DNA of 35,307 nt from the NCBI GenBank assembly GCA_046292385.1, contig JBKBRF010000062.1, positions 1-35,307 of the forward strand. The letters are read 5' to 3'. Shown here in pieces: positions 9,185-18,438 of the stretch. The notes beneath the pieces are model-generated. The model saw only the letters and a program-made list of their open reading frames with translations, was not told the DNA's origin and searched no databases. The number at the start of each line of letters is the position of its first letter. Position 1 is the stretch's first letter. This stretch comes from Armatimonadota bacterium. Its GTDB lineage: Bacteria; Armatimonadota; SYMT01. The position numbers and the translations under genes are program-made.

Positions 9185-9757
9185 CTAGCGGCGGGGATCT
9201 GCTCCCGGCTGCCCGGTTAGTGAGTACCCGCGGACCAGGAGTTCGGTGGGTGGGACCTCCCACTCCTGCGGGCGAGCATGCGGAGCGTTGGCGGGCGGCG
9301 TGTAGGGAGGCGGAACCGGGAGGGCGCCGCCCGGCCGAAGCGTCACGGCTCCATTCCCCGGCAGTGTTCCGGAGTGCGGCGCCGGAAAACGAGGGCTCTG
9401 CACCGGAAGGGGCTGTGGCGTGAGGTCGAGGAGAGCGGCCGGGTCCTGGAGGGCGAACGCAGGCGCCGGCGGCGTCGCGAGAGGCGCTGCGGCAGCGGGC
9501 GGCGCACTCTTCTGGGGTGCGGGCGTCACGAGCGGCGGAGCGCTCGCGGGCGGCCGTTCGGCCTGAACCCTCGCGCGGAAGCCGGCGCTCACACCGAAGA
9601 GCGAGCCGAGCACCACCACCGCGGCGCCCGCCAGGACCCAGGGCTGGTCCGGGCGCTGCACAGCGGAGGCGATCACGGCCGCGCGCTCTGGGGTTTCCGC
9701 GGCAGAGCGACTGCTGAGCCGGTTTTGAGTTGAGGGCCGCAGGTTTACGGTATGCAT
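9185..9757 (-). CDS. hypothetical single-TM protein with Pro/Ala-rich C-terminus
   Basis: GGAG SD; one TM (WVLAGAAVVVLGSLFGV); co-oriented downstream of the anti-sigma gene. Confidence 0.6.
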   Translation of the reverse strand: MHTVNLRPSTQNRLSSRSAAETPERAAVIASAVQRPDQPWVLAGAAVVVLGSLFGVSAGFRARVQAERPPASAPPLVTPAPQKSAPPAAAAPLATPPAPAFALQDPAALLDLTPQPLPVQSPRFPAPHSGTLPGNGAVTLRPGGALPVPPPYTPPANAPHARPQEWEVPPTELLVRGYSLTGQPGADPRR

Positions 9758-9790
9758 CTCCGCGTCTCCGGGCCCTCACCGCAGAGGGCG

Positions 9791-10750
9791 CTATGGAAAC
9801 CGCAGGTCCGATTCCTCGTGGCGCACGGGGACGCCGCTCGGAATAGTCAGCTTGAACAGCGATGGCTTCAGCTTCTCCGGGTAGTCGAAGAAGACCCGCG
9901 CAAACGGAGCCTGGTCATCACTGCCGCTATCTGTATAGAGGTTCGCCTGCACCAACACGCCGTCCTTCTCATCCGCCAGAATGATCATTCGCTCGAAAAA
10001 ACCATCTTTCAGATCGAGATCGATCCGGCGGAGCGCGGCATCGCCTCGCTGCTCCCGGACCACGCGGCGGGCGGTCGGCTTGCCGATCCACTCGTGCCCG
10101 TCCAGCAGCTCGCCCTGCGCCGCCTGGCGGAGCAGCCGGCTCGCGTTGAACCCCGCCGTGTACCGGTAGACGCTCTTCAGCCGCGTGCCGCTGCGGCGGA
10201 TGACTTCCTCGTCCGGATAGTAGCGGCTCAGCGTCTCGCCATCGTCGACCACCACCATCGTCCGGCGGTCGCCGACCCATTCTTCTACCCGGACTCCCTG
10301 GCGCTTCTGGCCCCACGCCTCGTACCGCACGCCGTAGAGCGGAAGCTCCATGCGGACGTGGAACCGCTTGACCCGCTTCATCGCGTCGGTGACGGTGCGC
10401 ATCGCCCGCGCCGGCTCGGTGAAGATGCCAATCGCCACCATCCCGGCGGCGATTGCCACTGCGGCGGTAGCCGGCATCCAGCGGACGCGCCGCCGTGCCG
10501 GAGACGCGGGAGCGGGCGCCGCCTGCGTCTCGGCGGGGATGCTCTCTAACCACTGCCCCGTGATCCGCGCCACCGCGGCGGCTTCCTCCGGCGAGTCTCC
10601 CGCTTCGCGCAGCGCGGCGTCGAGCTTCCGGTCAGCGGTCGCTCGTGCGGAGCAGCCCGGGCACCGGCGCAGGTGGCGCTGCATGCGCCATCGCTCCACC
10701 AGGCTCGTCTCGCCGTCCAGGAACGGCCGCAGCCGACGACATAGATCCAT
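9791..10750 (-). CDS. zinc-binding (zf-HC2/ZAS) membrane anti-sigma factor with extracytoplasmic LolA/RseB-like domain
   Basis: GAGGAGG SD; C..LRPFLDGE...HLRRCPGC; one TM; beta-rich C-terminal domain; follows the ECF sigma gene. Confidence 0.85.
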   Translation of the reverse strand: MDLCRRLRPFLDGETSLVERWRMQRHLRRCPGCSARATADRKLDAALREAGDSPEEAAAVARITGQWLESIPAETQAAPAPASPARRRVRWMPATAAVAIAAGMVAIGIFTEPARAMRTVTDAMKRVKRFHVRMELPLYGVRYEAWGQKRQGVRVEEWVGDRRTMVVVDDGETLSRYYPDEEVIRRSGTRLKSVYRYTAGFNASRLLRQAAQGELLDGHEWIGKPTARRVVREQRGDAALRRIDLDLKDGFFERMIILADEKDGVLVQANLYTDSGSDDQAPFARVFFDYPEKLKPSLFKLTIPSGVPVRHEESDLRFP

Positions 10751-11315
10751 AGTCCTCCTCCGCGGGAGATTCGGTGGCGCCCAGGATGCGGCGCAGTCGC
10801 TCGTAAGCGCGGGAGATGCGCCACTTGACCGTCCCCACCGGCTCTCCGGTGGCGGTGGCGATCTCTTGATAGCGAAGATCCGAGAAGACCTTCAGCAGCA
10901 GCGCCTCCCGCTCGGGCGCGGGCAGGCACTCCACGGCACGGCGCACGCGGCGAGCCAGGTCTTCCCGCTCCGCGGAGCGCGCCGGATCGCACTCGTCTCC
11001 GGCGGGGAGGTCGATCTCCGCGTCCCAGGAGACTTCCGAAGCGCGCTTGCGGCGGCGGTCCATCCGGTAGGCGTTGGTCGCTACGGTGTAGATCCAGGCG
11101 TTCAGCGCGCGCCCGTTTGGAAAGCGCTTCCCGGGAAGGTGGCGCCAGAGCTGCAGCGCCACCTCCTGCGCCAGGTCTTCCGCCAGCGTGGCGTCCGCAC
11201 AGAGCCGGACGAGGTACCGGTAGACGGGGGCGGCATACTGCCGCGCCAGCGTCTCCAGGGCGGGGCGCTCTCCGCGCTCGATCCCGCGGAGCAAGGTTGC
11301 GTTGATCTCCGGCAT
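10632..11315 (-). CDS. ECF (sigma-70 group 4) RNA polymerase sigma factor
   Basis: AEDLAQEV, AWIYTVATN (region 2); LPAPEREALLL, YQEIA..GEPVGTVKWRISRA (region 4). Confidence 0.93.
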   Translation of the reverse strand: MPEINATLLRGIERGERPALETLARQYAAPVYRYLVRLCADATLAEDLAQEVALQLWRHLPGKRFPNGRALNAWIYTVATNAYRMDRRRKRASEVSWDAEIDLPAGDECDPARSAEREDLARRVRRAVECLPAPEREALLLKVFSDLRYQEIATATGEPVGTVKWRISRAYERLRRILGATESPAEEDYGSMSSAAAVPGRRDEPGGAMAHAAPPAPVPGLLRTSDR

Positions 11316-11421
11316 CCGCGCGTTCCTGTCACCATCCGGGTCCGGACCTCCGGCTCCCGGGCCGCTGCGTGGCCTTACAACCTACGAGTGCGCGCCCCGC
11401 GCGACTGGTTGGACTTTTTCT

Positions 11422-12014
11422 GAGGGGGTAGCGTTTAGGGTGTAGCGTGTAGGTCTACCGGGGGCGGGTGCGCCATTCGGTCGCGACTACTCCTGCCGAT
11501 GCTCTCTCATCACCCACTCAATACCTCTCGCGCCCTGGTTTGGCTTCGCGCTGCCAACCAGAGGGGGTAGCGTTTAGGGTGTAGCGTGTAGGTCTACCGG
11601 GGGCGGGTGCGCCATTCGGTCGCGACTACTCCTGCCGATGCTCTCTCATCACCCACTCAATACCTCTCGCGCCCTGGTTTGGCTTCGCGCTGCCAACCAG
11701 AGGGGGTAGCGTTTAGGGTGTAGCGTGTAGGTCTACCGGGGGCGGGTGCGCCATGCGATCACGACTACTCCTGCCGATGCTCTCTCATCACCCACTCAAT
11801 ACCTCTCGCGCCCTGGTTTGGCTTCGCGCTGCCAACCAGAGGGGGTAGCGTTTAGGGTGTAGCGTGTAGGTCTACCGGGGGCGGGTGCGCCATGCGATCA
11901 CGACTACTCCTGCCGATGCTTCTCTCGGCCTCCACTCAATTCCTCACCCGCCCCGGTTTGGGTTCGCGCGGCCAACCGGGCATCTACACGCTACACCCTA
12001 AACGCTAAACGCTA
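11422..12014. repeat. non-coding tandem array of four 139-bp units closed by an inverted copy of the unit's heptamer head
   Basis: units start at 11422, 11561, 11700 and 11839; units 1 and 2 are identical, unit 3 has 3 substitutions, unit 4 is diverged; ctacacgctacaccctaaacgcta (11984-12007) is the reverse complement of tagcgtttagggtgtagcgtgtag. Confidence 0.95.
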
Positions 12015-12908
12015 GCCACGAGGCAGCTCGTAGTTCGCCCATTTCTCCAGGGCCAGGATGGCGGCCTGGGTGCCGAGATCGCCGCCGCCGTCGGCTTCGA
12101 CGGCACGCCAGACCTGGTTCATGAGCGACGTGCCCGGGAGGGGGAGCTGGTTCTCCGCGGCGGCTTCCAGCACCAGGCGCAGGTCCTTCTGGGCCAGCCG
12201 GATCATGAACCCGGGGGCGAAGTCGCCGTTCACGATGCGGGGCGCCAGGTTGGAGAGCATCCAGGAGCCTGCCGCGCCGGCAGAGATGGCATTCAGCATC
12301 TTCATCGGGTCGATGCCGCTCTTCGCCGCGAGCATGATCGCCTCGCAGCCGGCGAGCATGTTGACCGCCACGGCGACCTGGTTGCAGAGCTTACAGGTCT
12401 GTCCGGCGCCGTTGGGGCCGATGTGGACGATGTTCTTGCCCATCGCCTGGAAGACCGGCAGGCAGCGCTCGAAGACCTCTTCCTTGCCGCCGACCATGAT
12501 CGAGAGCGTGCCCGCCTTCGCGCCGACGTCGCCGCCGCTCACGGGCGCGTCGAGCATCTCCACGCCTTTCTCGGCCAACGCCGCCGCGATCTCCCGGGTG
12601 ATGGAGGGGGACATGGTCGTCATGTCGATCACCACCGAGCCGGGCTGCGCCCCTTCCAGGACGCCGTTCTCCCCCAGCACCACCCGCTGCACGTCCGGCG
12701 AGTCGGTGACGATGGTGATGATGACGTCGCTCTTCGCCGCCACGTCGGCCGGCGACTCGCCCGCCCGCGCGCCGCAGCCGACCACCTCATCGATGCCGGG
12801 CTGGCTCCGGTTCCAGACGGTGAGGGAGTATCCCGCCTTGATCAGGTTGGCGCACATGGGCCGCCCCATGATGCCGAGACCGATGAATCCGATGCGTGGC
12901 TTGTCCAT
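12012..12908 (-). CDS. NAD(P)-dependent beta-hydroxyacid dehydrogenase (2-hydroxy-3-oxopropionate reductase / 3-hydroxyisobutyrate dehydrogenase family)
   Basis: IGFIGLGIMG Rossmann motif, DAPVSGG, GQTCKLCNQ, FAPGF...KDL; GAGGA SD before ATG 12908. Confidence 0.93.
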   Translation of the reverse strand: MDKPRIGFIGLGIMGRPMCANLIKAGYSLTVWNRSQPGIDEVVGCGARAGESPADVAAKSDVIITIVTDSPDVQRVVLGENGVLEGAQPGSVVIDMTTMSPSITREIAAALAEKGVEMLDAPVSGGDVGAKAGTLSIMVGGKEEVFERCLPVFQAMGKNIVHIGPNGAGQTCKLCNQVAVAVNMLAGCEAIMLAAKSGIDPMKMLNAISAGAAGSWMLSNLAPRIVNGDFAPGFMIRLAQKDLRLVLEAAAENQLPLPGTSLMNQVWRAVEADGGGDLGTQAAILALEKWANYELPRG

Positions 12909-12991
12909 GTCCTCGTTCTGCTCGCGTGCTTCGGGCGCCGCTTGCGGGCGCAGGATGGTACTGCTCTCGGCGGGAACGCCGCTGTTATCAG

Positions 12992-13066
12992 GGTTGCAGG
13001 TTCCAGGTTGGCAGGTTTGAAACCCCGCTCGTCGGAGGCAACCTGCCAACCTGCGAACCTGAAACC
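12992..13066. repeat. inverted repeat built of tandem CAGGTT-containing 7-8-mers
   Basis: ggttgcaggttccaggttggcaggtt (12992-13017) versus aacctgccaacctgcgaacctgaaacc (13040-13066). Confidence 0.8.
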
Positions 13067-13129
13067 AAAGCCCGCACCGGCGGCACACGCCTACCGAGGC
13101 AGCAACCCCGACTGCGGGCGAAAGCGTGA

Positions 13130-13393
13130 TCAGGATCGCCGGGGGATATCCGGCACGTCGGGCAGCGTGAACCGGCTCTGGCGTCCGCTCGCCTGGCGCT
13201 CCTGCGTACAGGCGTGGTGGGAGTAGCCCAGGTCCGTGGGGAAGTCGGCGTCGTGGTAGTCTTCTTCCGCCTTCACCACCCACCGGCCGGGCTGGCTCTC
13301 GTCGCAGATCAGCTTGCCGCAGAAGATACAGGTCTGCCCATCGGCATCGCCGGTGGACGCGGGTCCGTCGTAGACCCAGTTGCGATCGGCCAT
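13130..13393 (-). CDS. small putative zinc-binding protein, 87 aa
   Basis: GAGGAG SD; CIFCGKLIC ... HHAC. Confidence 0.7.
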   Translation of the reverse strand: MADRNWVYDGPASTGDADGQTCIFCGKLICDESQPGRWVVKAEEDYHDADFPTDLGYSHHACTQERQASGRQSRFTLPDVPDIPRRS

Positions 13394-13546
13394 TACGTCT
13401 CCTCATCTCGCCGGCAAACGATCCCGCCGGCGGCTGCTCGCCACTTCAGTTTACGCCATACGCTCCTAAATCCTGCGGAAGCCGCTCTGGCCGGAGCCCG
13501 AGCCCGACCGGCCTCTCCCGTGTCCTCTGGGATAGGCTCAGACCAG

Positions 13547-13981
13547 ATGGAACCGGCAGCCTTTTCACAGACAAACTTCGTCCATTCGGCGGATCTCGAC
13601 GCGTTGCGGTCAACGCTGGTCGCGAGGGGCTTCACACTCCTCGAGCTCGACGGCCGCCAGGTGCGCGACAAACACAGCTTCCTACTTCAGGTGAGGAGCG
13701 ACTTCCCCTCGCCCGAGGGACTGGAGCCGCACAATTGGGATGCCTTCAGCGACTGTCTCTGGTTAAGCTTGCGCGAGCTCGGTGCCGCGAACGTGGCGGT
13801 GGTGTGGACCCAGGTGGAGCGAATGCTGGATGGAGGGCTTCCGGACCTGCTCACCGCCGTCAGCTGCCTGGAGCAGGTGGCGATCTCGGTTGCCGGCACT
13901 GAAGAAGGCTTCCCCAGGGCCACCGCGCTCCTGATCTTCCTGGTGGGCGAAGGCCCGAACTTTCCGCGGCTGTCGCGATAA
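13547..13981 (+). CDS. barstar family RNase inhibitor (immunity) protein
   Basis: LELDGRQVRDKHSFL...HNWDAFSDCL barstar signature. Confidence 0.85.
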   Translation: MEPAAFSQTNFVHSADLDALRSTLVARGFTLLELDGRQVRDKHSFLLQVRSDFPSPEGLEPHNWDAFSDCLWLSLRELGAANVAVVWTQVERMLDGGLPDLLTAVSCLEQVAISVAGTEEGFPRATALLIFLVGEGPNFPRLSR

Positions 13982-14006
13982 GTTTCAGCGTCCCGATCTC
14001 CCTGGC

Positions 14007-15020
14007 CTACTTCAGCGGCACGGTGCGCGTAGCCAGGACCTTGCCACCGTCTCCAAGGAAGCGCACCTCCGCGGCGGGGTCGTCCGGGCCGACGAAGCCG
14101 ACGAGGCAGCTCTGCGCGCGCCGCCAGCCGGGGCCGAACGGCTTGAGCACCGTCATCGGGAGCGGCTTGCCGGCGGCGGTGGCCTGGACCGACTTCACCG
14201 CATCCTGCATAGCCGGCGAGATGCCGACGAAGAGGGTAGCCGGCTCGTTGAGCGGTGTGCTTCGCGCGACGAAGCTGGGGAAGAGCACGTCGGCGTAGGG
14301 GGCGGCTTCCGCGGGCGACCAGCTTTCCACCAGCCGCATCCGGCCGAACGCGGCGGGGGTGCGGACCGCCGCCACGCCGCTGTAGACCCAGCAGCGGTCG
14401 ACACGCGGGCCGCCGTCGCTGCTGCAGAGCTCGCAGTCGATGCCGATCTCGCGGCCGGCGGCCGGCTTGAAGCCGGGGATCTTGCTCCACGGCAGCCGGA
14501 GCTCCAGCGTGTAGCCCGCGGGGGTCTTCGCCGCCGCCGCTTCCATGCCTTCCGTCGTGACGTCCGCGAAGGCGGGGATGCCGGGGCGGATCTGGATGCG
14601 CGGCTTGACCTCTCCATTCGAAGCCGCGGTGTAGAAAAGGTGCAGAGTGCCGGGCGTAAACGGCTCGCTGCCCAGCGCCCCCGGCTCGCGCAGGTCGAGG
14701 TAGAACTCTACGCCGTCGCCGTTGTAGATCGGCCCGGGAGACTCGTTGTAGAGCGCCTCGTCCAGGCACTCCAGGCCGATGTAGAGGTGCTGATCGTCCC
14801 AGAGGTAGTGCCACACGGCGGCGCGGTTGGCCCAGTCGGCGTGACCGAAGTTGACCGGCGTGGCAAAGGCGCCGCGCCATTCGTCCAGCTTTCCGTCCAG
14901 CACCACCGGGTTCCGAGCCCGGGGGATCACGCCCCCCACTTTCGCCGGCTCCTGGGCGGCGGCGCTCCAGGTCAGCCCCAGGGCGAGCAGGGCGGCGGCA
15001 CAGACCAGCGTTCGGTTCAT
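14007..15020 (-). CDS. secreted CBM9/DOMON-like sugar-binding protein
   Basis: signal peptide ending AAA-Q; VLDGKLDEW, WDDQHLYIG, GDGVEFYLD, GYTLELRLPWSKI; ATGA overlap with the upstream gene. Confidence 0.8.
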   Translation of the reverse strand: MNRTLVCAAALLALGLTWSAAAQEPAKVGGVIPRARNPVVLDGKLDEWRGAFATPVNFGHADWANRAAVWHYLWDDQHLYIGLECLDEALYNESPGPIYNGDGVEFYLDLREPGALGSEPFTPGTLHLFYTAASNGEVKPRIQIRPGIPAFADVTTEGMEAAAAKTPAGYTLELRLPWSKIPGFKPAAGREIGIDCELCSSDGGPRVDRCWVYSGVAAVRTPAAFGRMRLVESWSPAEAAPYADVLFPSFVARSTPLNEPATLFVGISPAMQDAVKSVQATAAGKPLPMTVLKPFGPGWRRAQSCLVGFVGPDDPAAEVRFLGDGGKVLATRTVPLK

Positions 15021-16099
15021 GAGTGATCTCCCGGGGAGACGACGGCGATCGCCTCCGGAAAGCGGGTGCGGAACGAGCCGGTCAGCGCGATCCGCCGGCC
15101 CTCCTCCGCGGAGCGGTAGGCCGCCGTGATGATCTCCAGCGTCAGCATGGCGAGGTCGCTTCCGGCCCACACCGCGGCGCCGGTCGCCGCGCACTCCAGC
15201 AGGTGCGCGAGGTTGACGCGGACCGTCTGCTCGAACCCCTCCGGTCCTTCCTCCACCGGGACCGCCGCGTCTTCCTTCCCGGGCCGCCGCAGCACCAGCG
15301 GACGGGCGGCGTCGCCCGTGAAGAGCAGCGTCCCCTCCGTGCCAAGGATGCCGCTCGGGAAGCGGCCGAGTGGCGCGCGGGCGGTCCACTGGCTCATCAG
15401 GTGGATCCGGGCGCCGCCGCCGTAGGCGAGCGTGAGGGCGCAGAAGTCCTCGCCCTTCTCCGGCGAGTCGATCCCGATCTGCGCCGCGTCCGCGAGCACC
15501 GAAACCGGCGCGCCGAGCCGCTCCAGGAAGAAGAGCTGCCGGTAGACCGCGTGGAAGCCGCCGTCGATCTGCAGCCCGCCGCCGCACCGCTCCCGGTCGG
15601 CGCGCCAGTTCTCCGGGTCGGCGTAGACGGCCCGCGCGTCCCGGGCCGCCACCTCCAGCGCCAGGAACGGCTCGCCCACGGCGCCGGAGTCGACCACTTG
15701 CCGGGCGGCCTGGTGCGTGGGACTGTAGAGCAGGTTCAGCACCGGCAGCACGCGGCGGTCCGCCGCCTCCGCCGCGGTGAGGATCTGCCGAAACTCCGCG
15801 GTCGTCCGCGCGGGTGGCTTTTCCAGCAGCAGGTGCTTGCCGCAGCGCAGCGCCTCCAGCGCCAGCGGGAGGTGGAGGTCGTGCGGGACGACCAGGTCGA
15901 GAAGGGCAATCTCCGGGTCGGCGAGTAACTCCTGGTACTGGACGGTGGTGCGGACGACCTTCGGAAACTCCGCCTGCAGCGCCGCGAGACGCTCCGGGCT
16001 GCGGCCGGCGAGGGAGACCGCGGAGACGTGCGGCGACGCCTGCATCGCCGCGAGGTGCTGTCGCCCGAAGCCGCTTCCACCGATCAGCCCAACGTGCAT
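15017..16099 (-). CDS. Gfo/Idh/MocA family oxidoreductase
   Basis: VGLIGGSGFG, PHDLH, GKHLLLEKP, GGGLQIDGGFH, AYRSAEEGRRI. Confidence 0.92.
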   Translation of the reverse strand: MHVGLIGGSGFGRQHLAAMQASPHVSAVSLAGRSPERLAALQAEFPKVVRTTVQYQELLADPEIALLDLVVPHDLHLPLALEALRCGKHLLLEKPPARTTAEFRQILTAAEAADRRVLPVLNLLYSPTHQAARQVVDSGAVGEPFLALEVAARDARAVYADPENWRADRERCGGGLQIDGGFHAVYRQLFFLERLGAPVSVLADAAQIGIDSPEKGEDFCALTLAYGGGARIHLMSQWTARAPLGRFPSGILGTEGTLLFTGDAARPLVLRRPGKEDAAVPVEEGPEGFEQTVRVNLAHLLECAATGAAVWAGSDLAMLTLEIITAAYRSAEEGRRIALTGSFRTRFPEAIAVVSPGDHS

Positions 16100-16185
16100 T
16101 CCGCCCCCTGCTCCGCGACCCGCCGCCCGACACGCCGGAGTTCGCCGCGGGGGGCGGGGGACCCTGTCCGCGAAAGGGGAGAGTG

Positions 16186-17316
16186 ATGGTTCGTCGAACG
16201 CTCCGGCCACTGGCCGCGCTGGCCTGCGTCCTCGCCTGCGCTCTCGCGGGCCGCGCTGCCCCGGAGGGGGAGAAGGCGCAGCGGGCGGCGCTGTGGGAGA
16301 AGCTGGCGCCCGCCTTTCGCCCGCCGGCGGAGCTGGCGAGCGACTTCGGCACCTACCGCTCTCCGCTCCGCTTCGACAACGGCGAGCCGGTGCGGACGCC
16401 GGCCGACTGGAAGCGCCGCCGGGTGGAGATCCGGCGCTACTGGACCGCCCAGCTCGGCCAGTGGCCGAAGGTGCTCACCCGCCCTCGGCTGGAGGTGCTC
16501 TCCCAGGAGCCGCGCGAGGAGCTGACCCAGCAGAAGGTGCGCGTGCAGGTGGCACCGGACCGCGAGACGGAGGCCTACCTGCTGCTCCCGCCCGGTAAGG
16601 GACCGTTCCCCGCGGCGCTGGTCGTCTTCTACGAGCCGGAGACCGGGATCGGCCAGAAGGGTCAGCTCCGCGACTTCGCCTACGGGCTCGCGAAGCGCGG
16701 CTTCGTGACGCTCTCCCTCGGCCTGCAGTGGGACACGAACTATCCCACGGATCCGGAGCGCCCGCTCCAGCCGCTCTCGTATCTCGGCTACGTCGGCGCC
16801 AACGGTTACCACGCCCTCGCCAACCTGCCGCAGGTCGATCCGCGGCGGATCGGGGTGGTGGGACACTCCTACGGCGGCAAGTGGGCGATGTTTGCCTCGT
16901 GCCTCTACGACCGCTTCGCGGCGGCGGCATGGTCGGACCCCGGCATCGTCTTCGACGAGAGCCGGGCAAACGTCAACTACTGGGAGCCGTGGTACCTCGG
17001 CTGGGAGAAGGACCGGTTCCGGAAGCGCGGCATCCCCACCGCGGAGAACCCCCGCACCGGCCCCTATGCGAAGCTGATCGCCGACGGCCGGGACCTCCAC
17101 GAACTGCACGCGCTCATGGCGCCGCGACCGTTCCTCGTTTCCGGCGGCTCCGAAGACCCGGTGGAGCGGTGGAAGGCGCTGAACCACACCGTGGCCGTCA
17201 ACAAGCTCCTCGGGCACGAGAACCGGGTCGCGATGACAAACCGCCCGCTGCACGACCCCACGCCGGAGTCGAACGAGCAGCTCTACCGCTTCTTCGAGTA
17301 TTTTCTTCGGCGCTGA
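16186..17316 (+). CDS. secreted alpha/beta hydrolase (carbohydrate-esterase-like)
   Basis: signal peptide; VDPRRIGVVGHSYGGK nucleophile elbow; HALMAPRPFLVSGG. Confidence 0.85.
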   Translation: MVRRTLRPLAALACVLACALAGRAAPEGEKAQRAALWEKLAPAFRPPAELASDFGTYRSPLRFDNGEPVRTPADWKRRRVEIRRYWTAQLGQWPKVLTRPRLEVLSQEPREELTQQKVRVQVAPDRETEAYLLLPPGKGPFPAALVVFYEPETGIGQKGQLRDFAYGLAKRGFVTLSLGLQWDTNYPTDPERPLQPLSYLGYVGANGYHALANLPQVDPRRIGVVGHSYGGKWAMFASCLYDRFAAAAWSDPGIVFDESRANVNYWEPWYLGWEKDRFRKRGIPTAENPRTGPYAKLIADGRDLHELHALMAPRPFLVSGGSEDPVERWKALNHTVAVNKLLGHENRVAMTNRPLHDPTPESNEQLYRFFEYFLRR

Positions 17317-17453
17317 CGTGCCGGCGCCGGGGGATGGCTGTGGACGCTGTCCTCACGGCGGGAGCTCCGGCGCCTTGCGTCGGAACCCACCGCCCGGCGT
17401 AAGAATGGAGCGGGGCTCCGCGCGGTACCCGGAGCTCTCCGGATCCGTCGACC

Positions 17454-18365
17454 ATGCCCAGTCCCACACTCCATCTCTACGACCCCCGGCGCGGGGAGCC
17501 GGCGCTGCGAGTCGATCCGCTCGCCGGCGAATGCCTGCAGGGGGTTGCGCAGAAGTGGAACTACTTCTCGCTGCTCTGGATCCAGGAGGGGCAGGGAACG
17601 TTCTGGGCCGACCTGGCGCGGCATCCGTTCCAGGACCACGACCTGCTCTGCTTCACCCCGTACCAGACCCTGAAGCTGCTGCCGGCCGCGCCGGTCACGG
17701 GGATCCGGATCCAGTTCCACGCCAACTTCTTCTGCATCGAAGCGCACCACGAGGAAGTCGGGTGCAACGGGGTGCTGTTCAACGACCTGGGGAGCGTGCC
17801 GGTGGTGCGGGTGGAGCCCGGCTTCCGCGGCGAGCTGGGAGGGCTCGTCGACGCCATGCGGCAGGAGCTGGCCGAGGTGGGCCTCGCCCATACCGAGATC
17901 CTGATCTCTTACCTGAAGATCCTGCTGGTCCGCGCCACCCGGATCAAGCTGCAGCAGCAAGAGGTGCTCTGGGAGCCGCAGGGCAAGCGCCCGCCGGCTA
18001 TCGACGAGCTGCGCCAGCTCATCGAGGCCCACTTCCGCACGCACCATAAGCCGCGAGACTACGCCGCGCTGCTCTGCCTCACGCCGGGGGCGCTCGCCAG
18101 GCTGGTCCAGACCTACTTCCACACCACGCCCACCCAGCTCATCCGCGAGCGCATTCTGCGCGCCGCCAAGTGGGAGCTGCTCCACACCACCCGCCCGGTC
18201 AAGCAGATCGCGCACGACCTGGGATACGCCGACGTCTTCTACTTCAGCCGGATCTTCAAGCAAGCGGTCGGCTGTTCACCCACCTTTTTCCGCGAGTACG
18301 AGACCGAGATCCGCGGAGGGCGCGATTTGTCCATCCCGGGGCCCGATCCGTCCATTCTCCCTTAA
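17454..18365 (+). CDS. AraC family transcriptional regulator
   Basis: N-terminal cupin-like domain; C-terminal VKQIAHDLGYADVFYFSRIFKQAVGCSP HTH. Confidence 0.95.
   Translation: MPSPTLHLYDPRRGEPALRVDPLAGECLQGVAQKWNYFSLLWIQEGQGTFWADLARHPFQDHDLLCFTPYQTLKLLPAAPVTGIRIQFHANFFCIEAHHEEVGCNGVLFNDLGSVPVVRVEPGFRGELGGLVDAMRQELAEVGLAHTEILISYLKILLVRATRIKLQQQEVLWEPQGKRPPAIDELRQLIEAHFRTHHKPRDYAALLCLTPGALARLVQTYFHTTPTQLIRERILRAAKWELLHTTRPVKQIAHDLGYADVFYFSRIFKQAVGCSPTFFREYETEIRGGRDLSIPGPDPSILP
18323..18356 (+). promoter_or_regulatory. putative AraC-type tandem operator (direct repeats, 21-bp period)
   Basis: cgatttgtccatc (18323) and cgatccgtccatt (18344); TAAGAT -10-like at 18379-18384. Confidence 0.5.
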
Positions 18366-18438
18366 GCGGGGGATCCCCTAAGATGCGGGTAGCCTGGCCG
18401 TTGCGAACCAACTTTGGGCCGGGGAAAGGGGATCCAAC

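Noticed and set aside
11375..11420. Autoregulatory ECF promoter (CCAACC...CGTA) on the minus strand
   Set aside because: The AAC-to-CGT spacing is 21 nt, longer than typical, so it cannot be supported without homologues
11422..12014. CRISPR array
   Set aside because: Whole 139-bp units are near-identical, with no unique spacers and no cas genes in the window
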